Source: Azolla caroliniana (Eukaryota; Plantae; Polypodiophyta). From it: a stretch of 64,000 nt of DNA. The position numbers were made by a program, and so were the translations under genes. Shown here in pieces: positions 51,056 to 62,525 of this stretch (position 1 is its first letter; each line of letters opens with the position of its first letter). The notes beneath the pieces were generated by a model. It did no database searches and was not told the DNA's origin. It saw only the letters and a list, made by a program, of their open reading frames with translations. The DNA lies in contig JBHGNT010000003.1 in the NCBI GenBank assembly GCA_043228905.1, forward strand, positions 7,006,001 through 7,070,000. The letters are read 5' to 3'.

Positions 51056-53338
51056 TCAATATGCCAAGTTCTGTTCTTTACACATCATTTGGAAATCCTC
51101 CAAAATGTCTCTACACTCAAATCCATCAAAGGTCAACATTTCCAACGTATTGAGTACAATCCCTGTGTCCATGGAAACAAGGTTATCGTAGCAATAGGTT
51201 GCTAATTTGGCATTTCCATATGTTTTACAATGGCTTAACAAAGAGACAAGTGCCACTATAGTAGGCAAAAAGGGCATGGTGTTGAGTATATCTTCGGCCT
51301 TATTAAAGAAGCCCGCCCGACCAAAGAGGTCAATAATGCAAGTGTAGTGCTCATATGTGGGTATTATATCAAATTCTTTTATCATCCTGAAGTGACGATG
51401 GCCTTCATAGATGAGACCCATGTGGTTGCATAATGAGAGAACACTCACAAAGGTCACATCATTTGGTCGCAAATTCCTGAGCTTCATGGCATCCAAACAT
51501 TTAAGGGCTGTTTTATAGTCGGAGTGCTTTGCACAACCAGCAAGCAATGCATTCCACGTGACCACATTTTGCTCGTAAGACCCTTCTAGCACTTTATGTG
51601 CATCTCTTAAGTTCCCACAATTGGCATACATGTCGACAAGGGAATTGCTAACTGGTGTATCGCATTCATGTCCAGTCTCAACAATATGAACGTGAATCAG
51701 CATACCTTGGGCAATGTCAGTCATGCTCGAGCACAAATTCAAGAGTGTTAAGAATGTTATTTCGTTCGGTTCCACACCATCATCTTGCATGTTGTTATAA
51801 AGCCGAAGAGCCTCCACATTTTGTCCTTGTTGGGCATGTCCCGCAATCATCGCACTCCATGTTACAATGTTATTGCTGTCTGAAAATCCATTGAATACAC
51901 TAAGGGCTTCTTCTTGGGAGCTATTGGACTTGGTGTACATATCAATAAGAGCACTTGCTATGAAAGCATTGAATTTGCACCCACTTTCAATAATTTGGAT
52001 ATGTACTAGCTTGCCGAGATCCAAGAGTGCTAGATCTGAGCAAGCTTTCAAGATACTGGAAAACACCACTTGGTTGGGTTCCAAACCTTGTTGTTGCATC
52101 TCTAGAAAAGCCTCGAGTGCCCATTCACTACACTCATTTTGGGCATTACATGCAATAATGGCACTCCATGCAACCAAATTTGGCTCCAGTATGGTGGAGA
52201 ATACACTGAGCCCATCATTCACATTACCACAATTAGCATACATGTTGATGAGAGTGCTTGCAATGAACATATTTCCTTCTAGGCCATTTTCGATGATAAG
52301 ATCATGTACCGCCTTTCCCAGCATGAGATGGGAAAGACATGCTTTTATCACACAAGTAAAGGTGATTTCATTTGGGTCCATACCAACACAATGCATCGAT
52401 TGGAAAAGATGGAGTGCCTCTTCCTTATGACCATGTTGGACATAGCCAGAAATCATAGCATTCCATGTTGTTACATCTTTCGGCTCCGAGCTCATAAACA
52501 CTCTATATGCGGAATCAACACTTACGCAATTAGAGTACATATTAATCAATGTGTTTCTCAGAATCACGTTTTCATTAAAACCCTGGCTGAGAATTTGACA
52601 ATGGAAAATCTTGCCTTGGCCAAGTTGCCCCGAGTCTGAACACGTTTTAAGTATACAAACAAAAGTAACATGATTTGGTTGTGTGCCTTCAATGTTCATT
52701 TGCTTAAAAATTTGTAGTCCTTCATTGCTGAGACCAAGATGGGTATATCCTTTTATCATTGCATTGCATGAAGTTATACCCTTCTCCGGCAACAAATTGA
52801 AGACACATAGAGCTTCATCAAATTTATCGAAACTTGAGAACATATCACAAAGGGTAGTACACACATGTATGCTCATTTCCAAACCACTTTCAACAAGATG
52901 GGCATACACTATAAACAAAGACAAAGAATTAGAGCATCCTTTAAGCACAGCTACAAAAATATGGGCATCTAGAATCAATCCAGAAGCTTTGAGTTGATGA
53001 TATAAAACCATGGCTTTATCACTATTTCCACACTTTACATGTGCCCAAATGATGGCATTCCATGTGAATACGTTGGGTTGCTTTACTTGTTCAAAGACTT
53101 GATTTGCTTCTACTAAGCTTCCACATAATGCAAACATTCGGATCGAATGAGCCGCGAGAAATGCATTCGATTCATACCCACATGGCATGATGATGAGAGA
53201 AAGCACACTCTTCCCTATTAACAAGTTTCTCTCATTTATACAACGTTGTAGAAGACCATAAACAGTAGCTACAGAGACCCGCCCACCATGTTGAACAGAT
53301 TGATGCACTCTGTTGAAAGCCTCTTGGAGGCCCACCAT
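51056..53338 (-). CDS. PLS-class pentatricopeptide repeat protein with an E-like motif and no DYW; intronless, 760 aa
   Basis: Repeated P/L/S motifs (NVFTWNAII, TFVCILKTC, NTLINMY) and HYTCIIDLFGRAG followed by ALVSLLSHCKTYGN. Confidence 0.93.
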   Translation of the reverse strand: MVGLQEAFNRVHQSVQHGGRVSVATVYGLLQRCINERNLLIGKSVLSLIIMPCGYESNAFLAAHSIRMFALCGSLVEANQVFEQVKQPNVFTWNAIIWAHVKCGNSDKAMVLYHQLKASGLILDAHIFVAVLKGCSNSLSLFIVYAHLVESGLEMSIHVCTTLCDMFSSFDKFDEALCVFNLLPEKGITSCNAMIKGYTHLGLSNEGLQIFKQMNIEGTQPNHVTFVCILKTCSDSGQLGQGKIFHCQILSQGFNENVILRNTLINMYSNCVSVDSAYRVFMSSEPKDVTTWNAMISGYVQHGHKEEALHLFQSMHCVGMDPNEITFTCVIKACLSHLMLGKAVHDLIIENGLEGNMFIASTLINMYANCGNVNDGLSVFSTILEPNLVAWSAIIACNAQNECSEWALEAFLEMQQQGLEPNQVVFSSILKACSDLALLDLGKLVHIQIIESGCKFNAFIASALIDMYTKSNSSQEEALSVFNGFSDSNNIVTWSAMIAGHAQQGQNVEALRLYNNMQDDGVEPNEITFLTLLNLCSSMTDIAQGMLIHVHIVETGHECDTPVSNSLVDMYANCGNLRDAHKVLEGSYEQNVVTWNALLAGCAKHSDYKTALKCLDAMKLRNLRPNDVTFVSVLSLCNHMGLIYEGHRHFRMIKEFDIIPTYEHYTCIIDLFGRAGFFNKAEDILNTMPFLPTIVALVSLLSHCKTYGNAKLATYCYDNLVSMDTGIVLNTLEMLTFDGFECRDILEDFQMMCKEQNLAY

Positions 53339-53588
53339 GGGGCGTGCACAGAAATGTCAGTTGAAAGGAGGTTGGGCTAAGCCCTCATTCATTGAAGCCC
53401 AAATGCAGTATCTATCATGTACATACATATAAGACCTCACTGAATGGCAATCAAAACATAAGAATATATATGTCCATGCATTGGTATCTACATATTAGTT
53501 AGTGTACATAATGAAATGTCTCAAGAGGAAACCTATAGGCTATATACCCAGAAGAAAGGTCTCAAAAAGGGCAGGAAGAAATGTTCAT

Positions 53589-53605
53589 AAACCCTAAACC
53601 CTAAA
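53589..53605. promoter_or_regulatory. Telo-box-like (AAACCCT)x2 upstream of the PPR gene; site-II-like TGGGCC at 53689
   Basis: AAACCCTAAACCCTAAA lies ~250 bp upstream of the ATG. Function is inferred only. Confidence 0.4.
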
Positions 53606-53780
53606 CTGAGTCTATAAAAGGAGACTTCACGAGTATGTGGCTAGCGTAATCAGCATGGACACGCACACTTCTCTACACCTCTGGGTCTTGGGCCTGACAC
53701 CCCTTCGATAATAAGTTTCTTGAGTCTAGTTTTGGCGCATGCAACTCCTCCCGCCTATTATGGAGATGAGAATGCCCAAT

Positions 53781-54203
53781 TAACAATCGGCAACGTTTCC
53801 GTTTGAACCAAACCGATCCGTGAAACCACGGCTTAATCGGTTCGGTTTGGGGGGTGAACGGTTCAGTTCAGTTTGGTTAAATGGTTTGAAACCGTTGTTT
53901 AAGCGGTTCGATGTTTTTTTTTAAATTAATATTTGTTTAAATATTATTTTTGAGCAACCTTTTCATTATTAAGCTAATTCTCACATTTTAGGAAAAAATC
54001 TTTAAAATTTTCAAAATTTCAAATAATGATTTTTTTTTTTTAATTTTCAAATTTGAATTTTTACCTAAGTTGAAAACTGAAATTGAACCACAAAACCACG
54101 GTTTTTACAGTTTGGTTTTTTTTTCTAATTGGTTTTGTGGTTCGATTCGGTTTCAAACCGGTTTGACTTTGACTCTCTCGAATTGAACTGTTATTGATTC
54201 TTA
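53781..54203. mobile_element. hAT-like MITE
   Basis: Perfect 8-bp TSD TGCCCAAT at 53773-53780 and 54204-54211. Degenerate 15-bp TIR and AAACCG/CGGTT subterminal motifs like those of 24220-24791. Confidence 0.8.
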
Positions 54204-56129
54204 TGCCCAATGCCATGTAACTTTGCCTATAGGAGATGGCAATGGCCACACTCTCCATCCTGCCCACATTAGGGCAAAAGGAAGGACTACAAGAGACATA
54301 GAGAAAGGATATTTCAAATGTTAAAACTACATTAGTATCAAAATCACATCATTGTGATGTTGCCCAAATATGTCAGGAATCACATGGTCAAGTGAACTCG
54401 AGGCTTTCTACAACTTACCTAATTTGTGATCCCTATATTTTTTAAATAAGAAGGGAAACTGCGTTCATATTGAAACAGAGAGCAGTTGGAGAGGTTAGCT
54501 AGAGACAATCATACAAGGGCACTCCACTCCAATAAGGGACAAGAAAACGAGGAGCACATCACGCTTAGATATGAAGCATAGTGGTTCCATGCTTCCCATA
54601 ATTGCTTACACAATGTACCAATCTCATGCAATTTCTCCTCCTTAGACACAATCATACTCATCTCTTGGGTGCCTACATATACTTTTTGCTTGAGTGTGAA
54701 AGTGAGCTTCACATGGTGTGACATTATGTTTTTAGTTGTCCAAGTGGAGGGACATGTAAACCCACATAAATAGGACATGTAAGCCCAACAATGTAAATAC
54801 GTAGAACTTTAGGATAGATAAGTAGGGACATAGATTGTAAATAGTAAGAAAGGTATTTTGGGAAGTTAAGGGTTAGCCTCCAAATATCTATCAATCAATT
54901 AAAGTAAGATGTGACATTAGTGTAAGGTCATGGGCCACTTTATAAGAGGTTGGGAGGTAGGTGAGAAAAAAGAGCTGTTTATGAGAGTTGAACATTTATG
55001 TAGACTCTCCCTCTTTTTTCTCTATAAATCATAGTTTAGGATTTTGAAGGGGGTAGTTGTTCAGCTAGTGGCAACCCAAAGCTATAAGATTAGATAGTCC
55101 TCGAGGAACAAAACATTTTCTACTCTCCAAATTGTATCTCTCCTTTTAAATTAACTCAAGCTTAGCCTATTTGGGTTCATTTTAATGTTCTTATCTCTAC
55201 TTAATTATGTGTCGGTTAAGTATGATCTCCTTATAATTTCAATATGGTTAACATGTTGCAAGTGTCAAAGATATTTAAGGATTTTGTTCTTCCAATAGTT
55301 TGTTGGCCGGAGTGGAGCATGATCTCGATGACCCCATTATTGAGTGCATGCACCTACACTCACCTTTTGCATTGTTGAACACTAAGCACATGCCATTTTG
55401 TTTTGCACAACTAGATATCGTGAATGAATGTTCAATTAGATCTCAATCATTATCGCCGAAATCAATGTGGTAGGGCTAACTAAATAAGGGAGCAACAAGA
55501 TATCTTTGTGGTCAAATTTGCCAATGACTCGGTCGAACATAACCATGTGCGAAATTGTTGCGTTTCCATAATATGAGTGTATGGACGACCACAAAATTGT
55601 CGCTGTTTAAGCAACTATACGATGGACAAAATATTTTGGCATCCCAATGTGCATCCTCAACCCGCATTAGGTTGGCACTTTGATTATACAATAAAGATTG
55701 GCATGATAAGATGTGACAAACAACAAAACAAATTCCCAAATCCTTATCGGATTTTCTTTAAATTTGTAAATGTCCTTCGTCAACCCAAGAGAGAATAGGA
55801 CGAGTTGGGTTCAAGGAACACACACATTTGTGAAAAATGGGATGAATAGCTCGAGAAGGGGGTTGAACTAGAAACACTTATTAATCTAGGAAACATATGA
55901 CGAATTGACCATATAATTGCTTGAGAGGGGTTGCTCAAGTGAAGTGCATTAGGGTAAATAACGAAAAAGTAGCACAAAAAAGGTTTTCTATGCATATGAT
56001 TGGTCAGGGGGTGCCTAGAAGGGGCCACGATGAGAAAAATAACAAAAAACGGAGGGGCATTAAGGAAATAAGGAAAAACCACATCGTATTTCGAACAAAC
56101 TCAGGCATAAGAGTGAAAACGTTAATGTA

Positions 56130-56723
56130 GGGGCATTTGGGGAAATAAATGGGAAAAATAGAGGCATTTGGGAAATAGAGGAAAAGATAGAGGCATTTGG
56201 GGAAATAGAGGAAAAGATGGGGGCATTTAGGGAAATATAGGGGCATGTGCGGAAATAATGGAAAATAGAGGGCATTTGGGGAAATAGAGGAAAAGATAAG
56301 GGCATTTGGGGAAATAATGGAAAAGTTAAAGGCATTCGGGGAAATAGAAGAAAATATAGGGGCATTTGGGGAAATAATGGGAAATATAGGGGCATTTTGG
56401 GGAAATAGTGGAAAATATAGGGGCATTTGGAGAAATAATGGAAAATATAGGGGCATTTGGGGAAATGGTGGAAAATACAGGGGCATTTGGGGAAATAGTG
56501 GAAAATATAGGGGCATCTGGGGAAATAATGGAAAATACAAGGGCATTTGGGGAAATAAGGGAAACTATAGGGGCATTTGGGGAAATAATGGAAAATAATA
56601 GAAGATACAGGGGCATTTGGGGAATTAATAGAAGATACAGGGGCATTTGGGGAAATAATGGAAAATACAGGGGCATTTGGGGAAATAAGGGAAAATACAG
56701 GGGCATTTGGGGAAATAAGTGGA
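56130..56723. repeat. 30-bp minisatellite (~19-20 copies) immediately upstream of the DUF3754-like gene
   Basis: Unit GGGGCATTTGGGGAAATAATGGAAAATATA with variants. Confidence 0.95.
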
Positions 56724-56793
56724 AACGGGCGCAGGAGCTACAGTTCGGAGATGTCGCGACTAGAGACTTCTTTATCCAAAGAAGCTGGAGGCC

Positions 56794-59700
56794 ATGGCAG
56801 CGCTCCATCTGCACTCATCATCTCTTTCTGTTCCTTCTTCTTCTTCTTCTTCTTCTTCTTCTTCTTCATTGTTACCTTTCAATTCTCTTCATTTCCATGG
56901 ATCCTTCAAGGTCTTCCATTCCCACTTCACGACTAGCTTCTGCTTCATGTCCGCTCTTTCTTATAGGTATAGAAGTCTGGTCAGACATTCTTCCTTCGAA
57001 GCAGGATTTGGGGAAATAGATATCCTCTCTTATTCTTCCTCTTCTTCCAGTTTGACTGTAGATTTCGTAGAAGAAGCAGAGGCAGAAGAAAACCGTGTTT
57101 TTTCACAAAAACTTGAAAGGATTGATTTAGGTCAAGGCATCCTTAAAGACCAGGTCCACGAAGAAGAAGAAGAAGTTCTGATTCCTGATCCGGGAGATCA
57201 GACGGGCTCTAATTCTTCTGAGTCGTCCGAAGAAGAGTCAGATGAGGATGAGTCATTTGATCAAATAACAAGGATATCCGTTCTGAAAGAGAAGTATATT
57301 CCTGTCTCAAAAGTTTCGCTTGTTAAATCTCTTTGCGACAGTTTCAATGATGAGGAGAAAGCTTCAGAATTCCTTGTGATTTGCTCGTAAGAATTCTTTG
57401 TGAGTCTTTTAAATTCCTTTGATTGTATCTCAATTGTTTCTTGAAGAAGTTCTGGTTTATTTAATGTATTTATTGCTAAAATCTCATCTAATACAATGGA
57501 AAACTCGCTTCATAAATTCATTGGATTTGCTAGAAGATGGAGCACATTTATAGAAATTTTGAAGTAAACTTAACTGAGGAAATAATGAAAAAATACGATA
57601 ACGACATAGAAATTTAGTAGAAGATTAGCTGAGAGTTCTTTTCTCGCATCATCGAATAAGAAATTATGAAAAAATATCAACAAAGTTATAGAAATCTAGT
57701 AAAAGTCTTATACATTTCTGTCAAACATTGTTTCCTTTCTAAATATTCCCAAACAAGAAAGTTTCAAAAATGTGATGGGTGTTTTAGTGAACGAGGGTTC
57801 ATATCTTATCTGGCATAAGAGTATTTCTTTTTGTGTTTGAATTCAGAGGAAGTTTTGAGAAAATACAACAAAATTATAGGAATCAGTAAATAAAACAAAT
57901 ATATAGGAATTTAGTAGAAAATTTAAATTTTCCGGAAGCATGAACATGTGGTAAACTATGCGAAAACACAAACAATCTATAGGGATTCAGTTGAAGATTA
58001 CCATATTTGTGTCAATTTTATTTGCTTTATGAACATTTCCAATTAGAAAGCGCAAAATTTGGCTGGCATTTAAACTATCATCATAGTGTTCTATATGTTA
58101 AAATTTATAAAATTTTTGCAGACTTCTTGATTTCATTCTTCATGCGGAACACAAGACAACCCTGGAGCAAATGAGACTGGATTATAAGATAACACGTTCC
58201 ATTCTGAAGAAAGAGGAACATGAAAAAAGCACTCATTCACAAAAACCTAAACGGAGTAAGAAAAAGGGATGGTGGGAAAAGATAAACAATATTTGGAATC
58301 GGAAAGAGAAAAAGACAAAAAGGGTAGCACAGAAGAAATCTCTGTATGAAATCGATGGTGGAAATGGAAGTATGTCTTCAGTGGATAAGCGGCCAGAAGT
58401 GAATGGGTCAGCTACGCATATTTCTTCTCCTACACCAAACGAACAAGAATTTTCTTTGCCTCTAATTGATGGTTCTGATGGGACAATATCAACTAAAAAT
58501 AATGTGAATGAGGATGCAAATCCTGATGTGACCATCAGGTACAAAAATCTATATGACCATAAGTCTTGTGAGCAACTCTAGCAAACATTCATTTGAAAAA
58601 TATCAACTGAAAGAAAGTTGAACACATGATTTCTCTGAAAAAATCTGCAGGAAAAGCATTGCTGCTGCTGCTGCTCGTTTCCAACGCAACTTCCTTAACC
58701 TTCTTAAGAATGCTCATTTCCAAGGCCTTTCTGCTCGTGACTTACAGTTGACATCTGCACTCAACACAGATTATTTGCTTACACTCCCAATTGAAGTTGA
58801 TTGGAAAAATTCATCCTCAGAAATTGCTATTATTTTCAGGTAAAATCCTTTCTTGCAAGAGCTTATGATTTTTACTAGCAATACAAGGACTTTATGGGCC
58901 AGGCCAACCTTATCGTAGAAGGTTCTTGAAGTTTCAACTTATGGGGTCTCTATAAAAAGGGCATGATCTATATTTTTTAGAGTTTACACACTCTAATTTG
59001 GATTTGCTAACTCTATTGTTGGCGTTTTCCTAAATAATTGTGAAAATCTACCTCTTTCATTGTTCTTCACTCCATTGCCCACTTGATTCTTGCAACGTCA
59101 TTTGATGCTGGAGGTTGATGGAGCATGTGTGAATGTAGATTACATAGACAGGCATATCTTGAAGCATCTTGCTGATGGGAAGATAAGCAAATCTTGTTTG
59201 TATTTATGGTGGAGAGAGGAGTGTCTTAATGGCTAATAGCTAAGTATTGAAATGTACAGTTAGAGGTCAGGATATAGATTGTAGTTGTTATGGGCAAGCG
59301 GAAGAAGGGAGCTGTCCACCTACTAGATGAAAGAACGATAGAGAGACAGACAGCCAGAAAGATATATTAATGGCTTTTAAGAGGCTAAAATGGCCCAAAA
59401 GACCAAACAAGAGATTACATCTTAAAATGTTGTCTTGTCTTTGAGAAGAACAAACCAAAATAAATGTAACCAAGCAAAAAAGTAAATATAAATAGACTAA
59501 GACGTGACTAAAGAAGCTCGTAATCTATACAAGTACAATTCTCAAATGAGATATATTGTAATTTTTGTTTTCAAAAGATCTCTCGCATAGGCCAGTCCAG
59601 AATGGAGAGGTCTTTGAAGTGAGGGAAGCACCTGCTAATGATAATAGCTATTCATCATATCTAAGGGGTCATAGCTTTGATTTCAACAAAATATAATTAC

Positions 59701-60846
59701 GTTTGATATTTAATGTAAAGGTAGACTAAGCTTTAATTTAAGGGTAGTGTTGTCTCATGAACCACAAAACAATGCCCACACCATCTTCTACATTGGCAAT
59801 TTCAATTTGAAATTATTATCACACAAGGATGGGTTACTGTGCCAGATTTACAGTTTTCATCATGTATATGGATTTATAGTGCATTGGTGTCAATATTGTT
59901 TTGAATGTCAGTAGGCGCAATAACAAATATGTAAGACTTACTTTTGCATACGTTCAAAACTGTAATATGAACAACAATGTTGGAAAATAAGCCGTTAGGG
60001 ATCTGTTCCCATTCTAACCTAGAATTTTTTGGTTTCAGAGACTCTATGAAGGTAAATGATTAATTGTGACAAATCAAGATACCCTTGGCAGCTTGTGGAT
60101 CTATTGTGTTTACTTTTTGAATCATGAAATGGATGTATAGTGAAATGTTTTCTTCTATGTTTTAGGAGAGGTTATGCAGCAGAACGTCAAGAGGGGCTTT
60201 TATTTGGAGCAAAATTAGATTATTTACAGTCCCTTCTACTGCGCAAAAGCTTGAATTGGCTATCAAGACCTCTCTTAAATGGTGGCACTTGGATTAATAA
60301 GGTATTTTTCTGAATATATTGGCTTTTATCGGGGTGAAGTTTCTGAGAATCATCTTTTTAAATCATGGAACTTCTAGCTTTTGACATTGGCAAAAAGCAA
60401 TGGTTCAAACTAGACTTTATAAGGACCTGAAGCTTGATGCTGAGAAGATCCTTTATAACCATATAATGTTTGGAGTGTATGAATTATTTAAATGTGTTTG
60501 AGTGAAGTAGACTTGATTTTCTGTTCATTGTGCAGCAATTGAAGCAATCTAGAGAAGAGGACGGGTCAAGGAACTGGGCGGAGGAAATTACAGAGTGGTT
60601 AAAAGAGCCACTTAAACCAGATATGGATGATGACATATCAAGCATCATAGCAGATTCTCTTACAGAGGAAGAGAAAGAAGACTACCTACCCGTTTGGATT
60701 GCGGCACAACAAGCTGTCCCTCGTTATGAGGCTTTTCTTTCTTCTGTTGGATCCCGAGGAGTCTTACTGCGAAGATTGCTTGTATGGATGCGCATTCTGC
60801 CACCACTTGATTTAGAAGGCATATTGAATGTTGAAGATGATTCCAG
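56794..60846 (+). CDS. DUF3754-like protein, probably plastid-targeted; exons 56794-57386, 58122-58538, 58651-58839, 60166-60301, 60536-60846; continues beyond the window
   Basis: Ser-rich N-terminus. GT-AG splicing keeps the frame across EKYIPVSK...LDFILHAEHK...ARFQRNF...SALNTDYLLTLPIEVDW...FRRGYAAERQEGLL...KLDYLQS. Confidence 0.85.
59335..59650 (-). mobile_element. Short 3'-end copy of the RTE-like LINE in intron 3
   Basis: Homologous to 62540-62810 (AAAATGGCC...AAGACCAAA...TTACATCTT...TGTTGTCTTGTCTTTGAGAA). Confidence 0.7.
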
Positions 60847-62188
60847 GTTATTAATTGATTCTCCTAACATATACTGTTTTTTTGGATGCTAAAACATATT
60901 ATTTGCAAATCTTATCATTTTTAGAAATTTCGCACGTTTAAATTTGAAAGTTGAAGTAGCAAGATGTCTTTGTTTCCATACTTTCCATAAAATCTTGACA
61001 CCAAAATCCAAAGGTGGGGTTATCCATGTAGAACTTACAAACTTCTAATGTTTCTTGTAGTGGTAGTAGCTTGGCTCGCATCTCCATGAGAGATATTTGG
61101 CTTCCAGCGTCTAAGATGGTTTGTGGGACAAACTTATGGCATCGATTAAAAGCTGCATTCTCAGTGTTTTTCTCACGTTCCACACTACAGGTCGGTTGAA
61201 TCCCTAGTTGTGATATAAACACCATGTTTTACTAGTTGATCCTCATCATCAACCTGATATTTTTCATTATAATTCTCTCTCACAAGGCAGACACATGAAT
61301 GTTATATTTTGAAATTTATAACCGCTAGCTATACACCATTGTATTTATTATTCGCAGTATAAATCAGTTTGATCACAGACAGAAGTACAAGGACTGTAAA
61401 CACAACAGAGATTTTAATTTCTTCTGCATAAACCTCAAATGGCCAGAGTGTTATGATTCTAGCCATAACAAATTCTAGATTAAAAAAGGTGAAGAGCTGA
61501 AACTAAGTAGTGCATAGACTGAAGCATCCTGAACCTAGAGTGTGGATGCTTCAAAAGTGAGGACATTGATGTGAATCTATAGAGTCTATGAAGGATGCTT
61601 CTAACTAGCAGCGGAATCATGGTACTCATATCTTTATTACCGTTCTGGTAGGGCACTCAAATCTTATAAGTATACACTTGATATCCATTGTCTTTGACAA
61701 TATCCACCTCTAGAGCATTGGTTATTCTATCTAGTGGGGAAGCTAATCCCATTCTATGGTTTGAGGTGGAAACATATTGGCAATAGTAAATGTGATGGTG
61801 TCTAGTGGAGAGCCACTTTCATGGAATGACCCCTATAGTACAGCAATGGAGTTGAAGTTTTCATCACTGCCTAACAACTGTATCCTTGATAGGTCTTGGA
61901 GATCATACAGATCTAGTTTACCAAGAGCTAGGGTGTTTGATATCAAGCAAAATATTTTGGAAATGCCTTTGAGCTGCATGCTCACAAAGGTGTTTTTGAG
62001 CGATTTCAATGAAGTAACAAACTGAATGATAGTTATTTAGGCACTAAACTGAACCTAGGTTGCATTAATCATTTGTATTTTTTTTACTTAGGATAGAGAT
62101 TTGAATATCAGAAAATATAGACTCAAATAGTACCAGAGCATGAAGGTTGAGGATTAAACTCCAATTAGAGTTAGGTTTGATAATTTAT

Positions 62189-62369
62189 TGTTACGGGCAT
62201 GACCATATCCCGTGGTAAGTTTTACCGTAGTATTCTATACACGTGAATAAAGTGTGAGTGTATTCTATACTGTAGTATTCTATACACATGGATAAAGTAT
62301 GAGGGTTAAATGAGAGTGTAAAGAATACTACGGTAAAACTTACAACGGAATATGGTCATGCCCGTAACA
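62189..62369. mobile_element. 181-bp MITE with 54-bp TIRs, TGT...ACA ends and a 5-bp TSD
   Basis: TGTTACGGGCATGACCATAT...ATATGGTCATGCCCGTAACA (3 mismatches in 54 bp). TSD TTTAT at 62184-62188 and 62370-62374. Confidence 0.88.
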
Positions 62370-62481
62370 TTTATAGTGTTGTGGAACAATATCAATCGAC
62401 ACAAATGTAGAGGGCCTCATTACATATGATCTGTTAGCATACTATATCAATTGAGAGCAGCTTATCTATCTTCAAGGATAC

Positions 62482-62483
<2 letters not shown>

Positions 62484-62525
<42 letters not shown>

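Noticed and set aside
54700-55253. Possible solo LTR
   Set aside because: LTR-like composition and a CA end, but no convincing start, TSD or second copy.
56004-57019. Repetitive ORFs (PQMPLYFPLF / GKYRGIWGNN) or a CRISPR-like array
   Set aside because: These are translations of a stop-poor 30-bp minisatellite in several frames. There are no unique spacers and no cas genes, and the context is eukaryotic.
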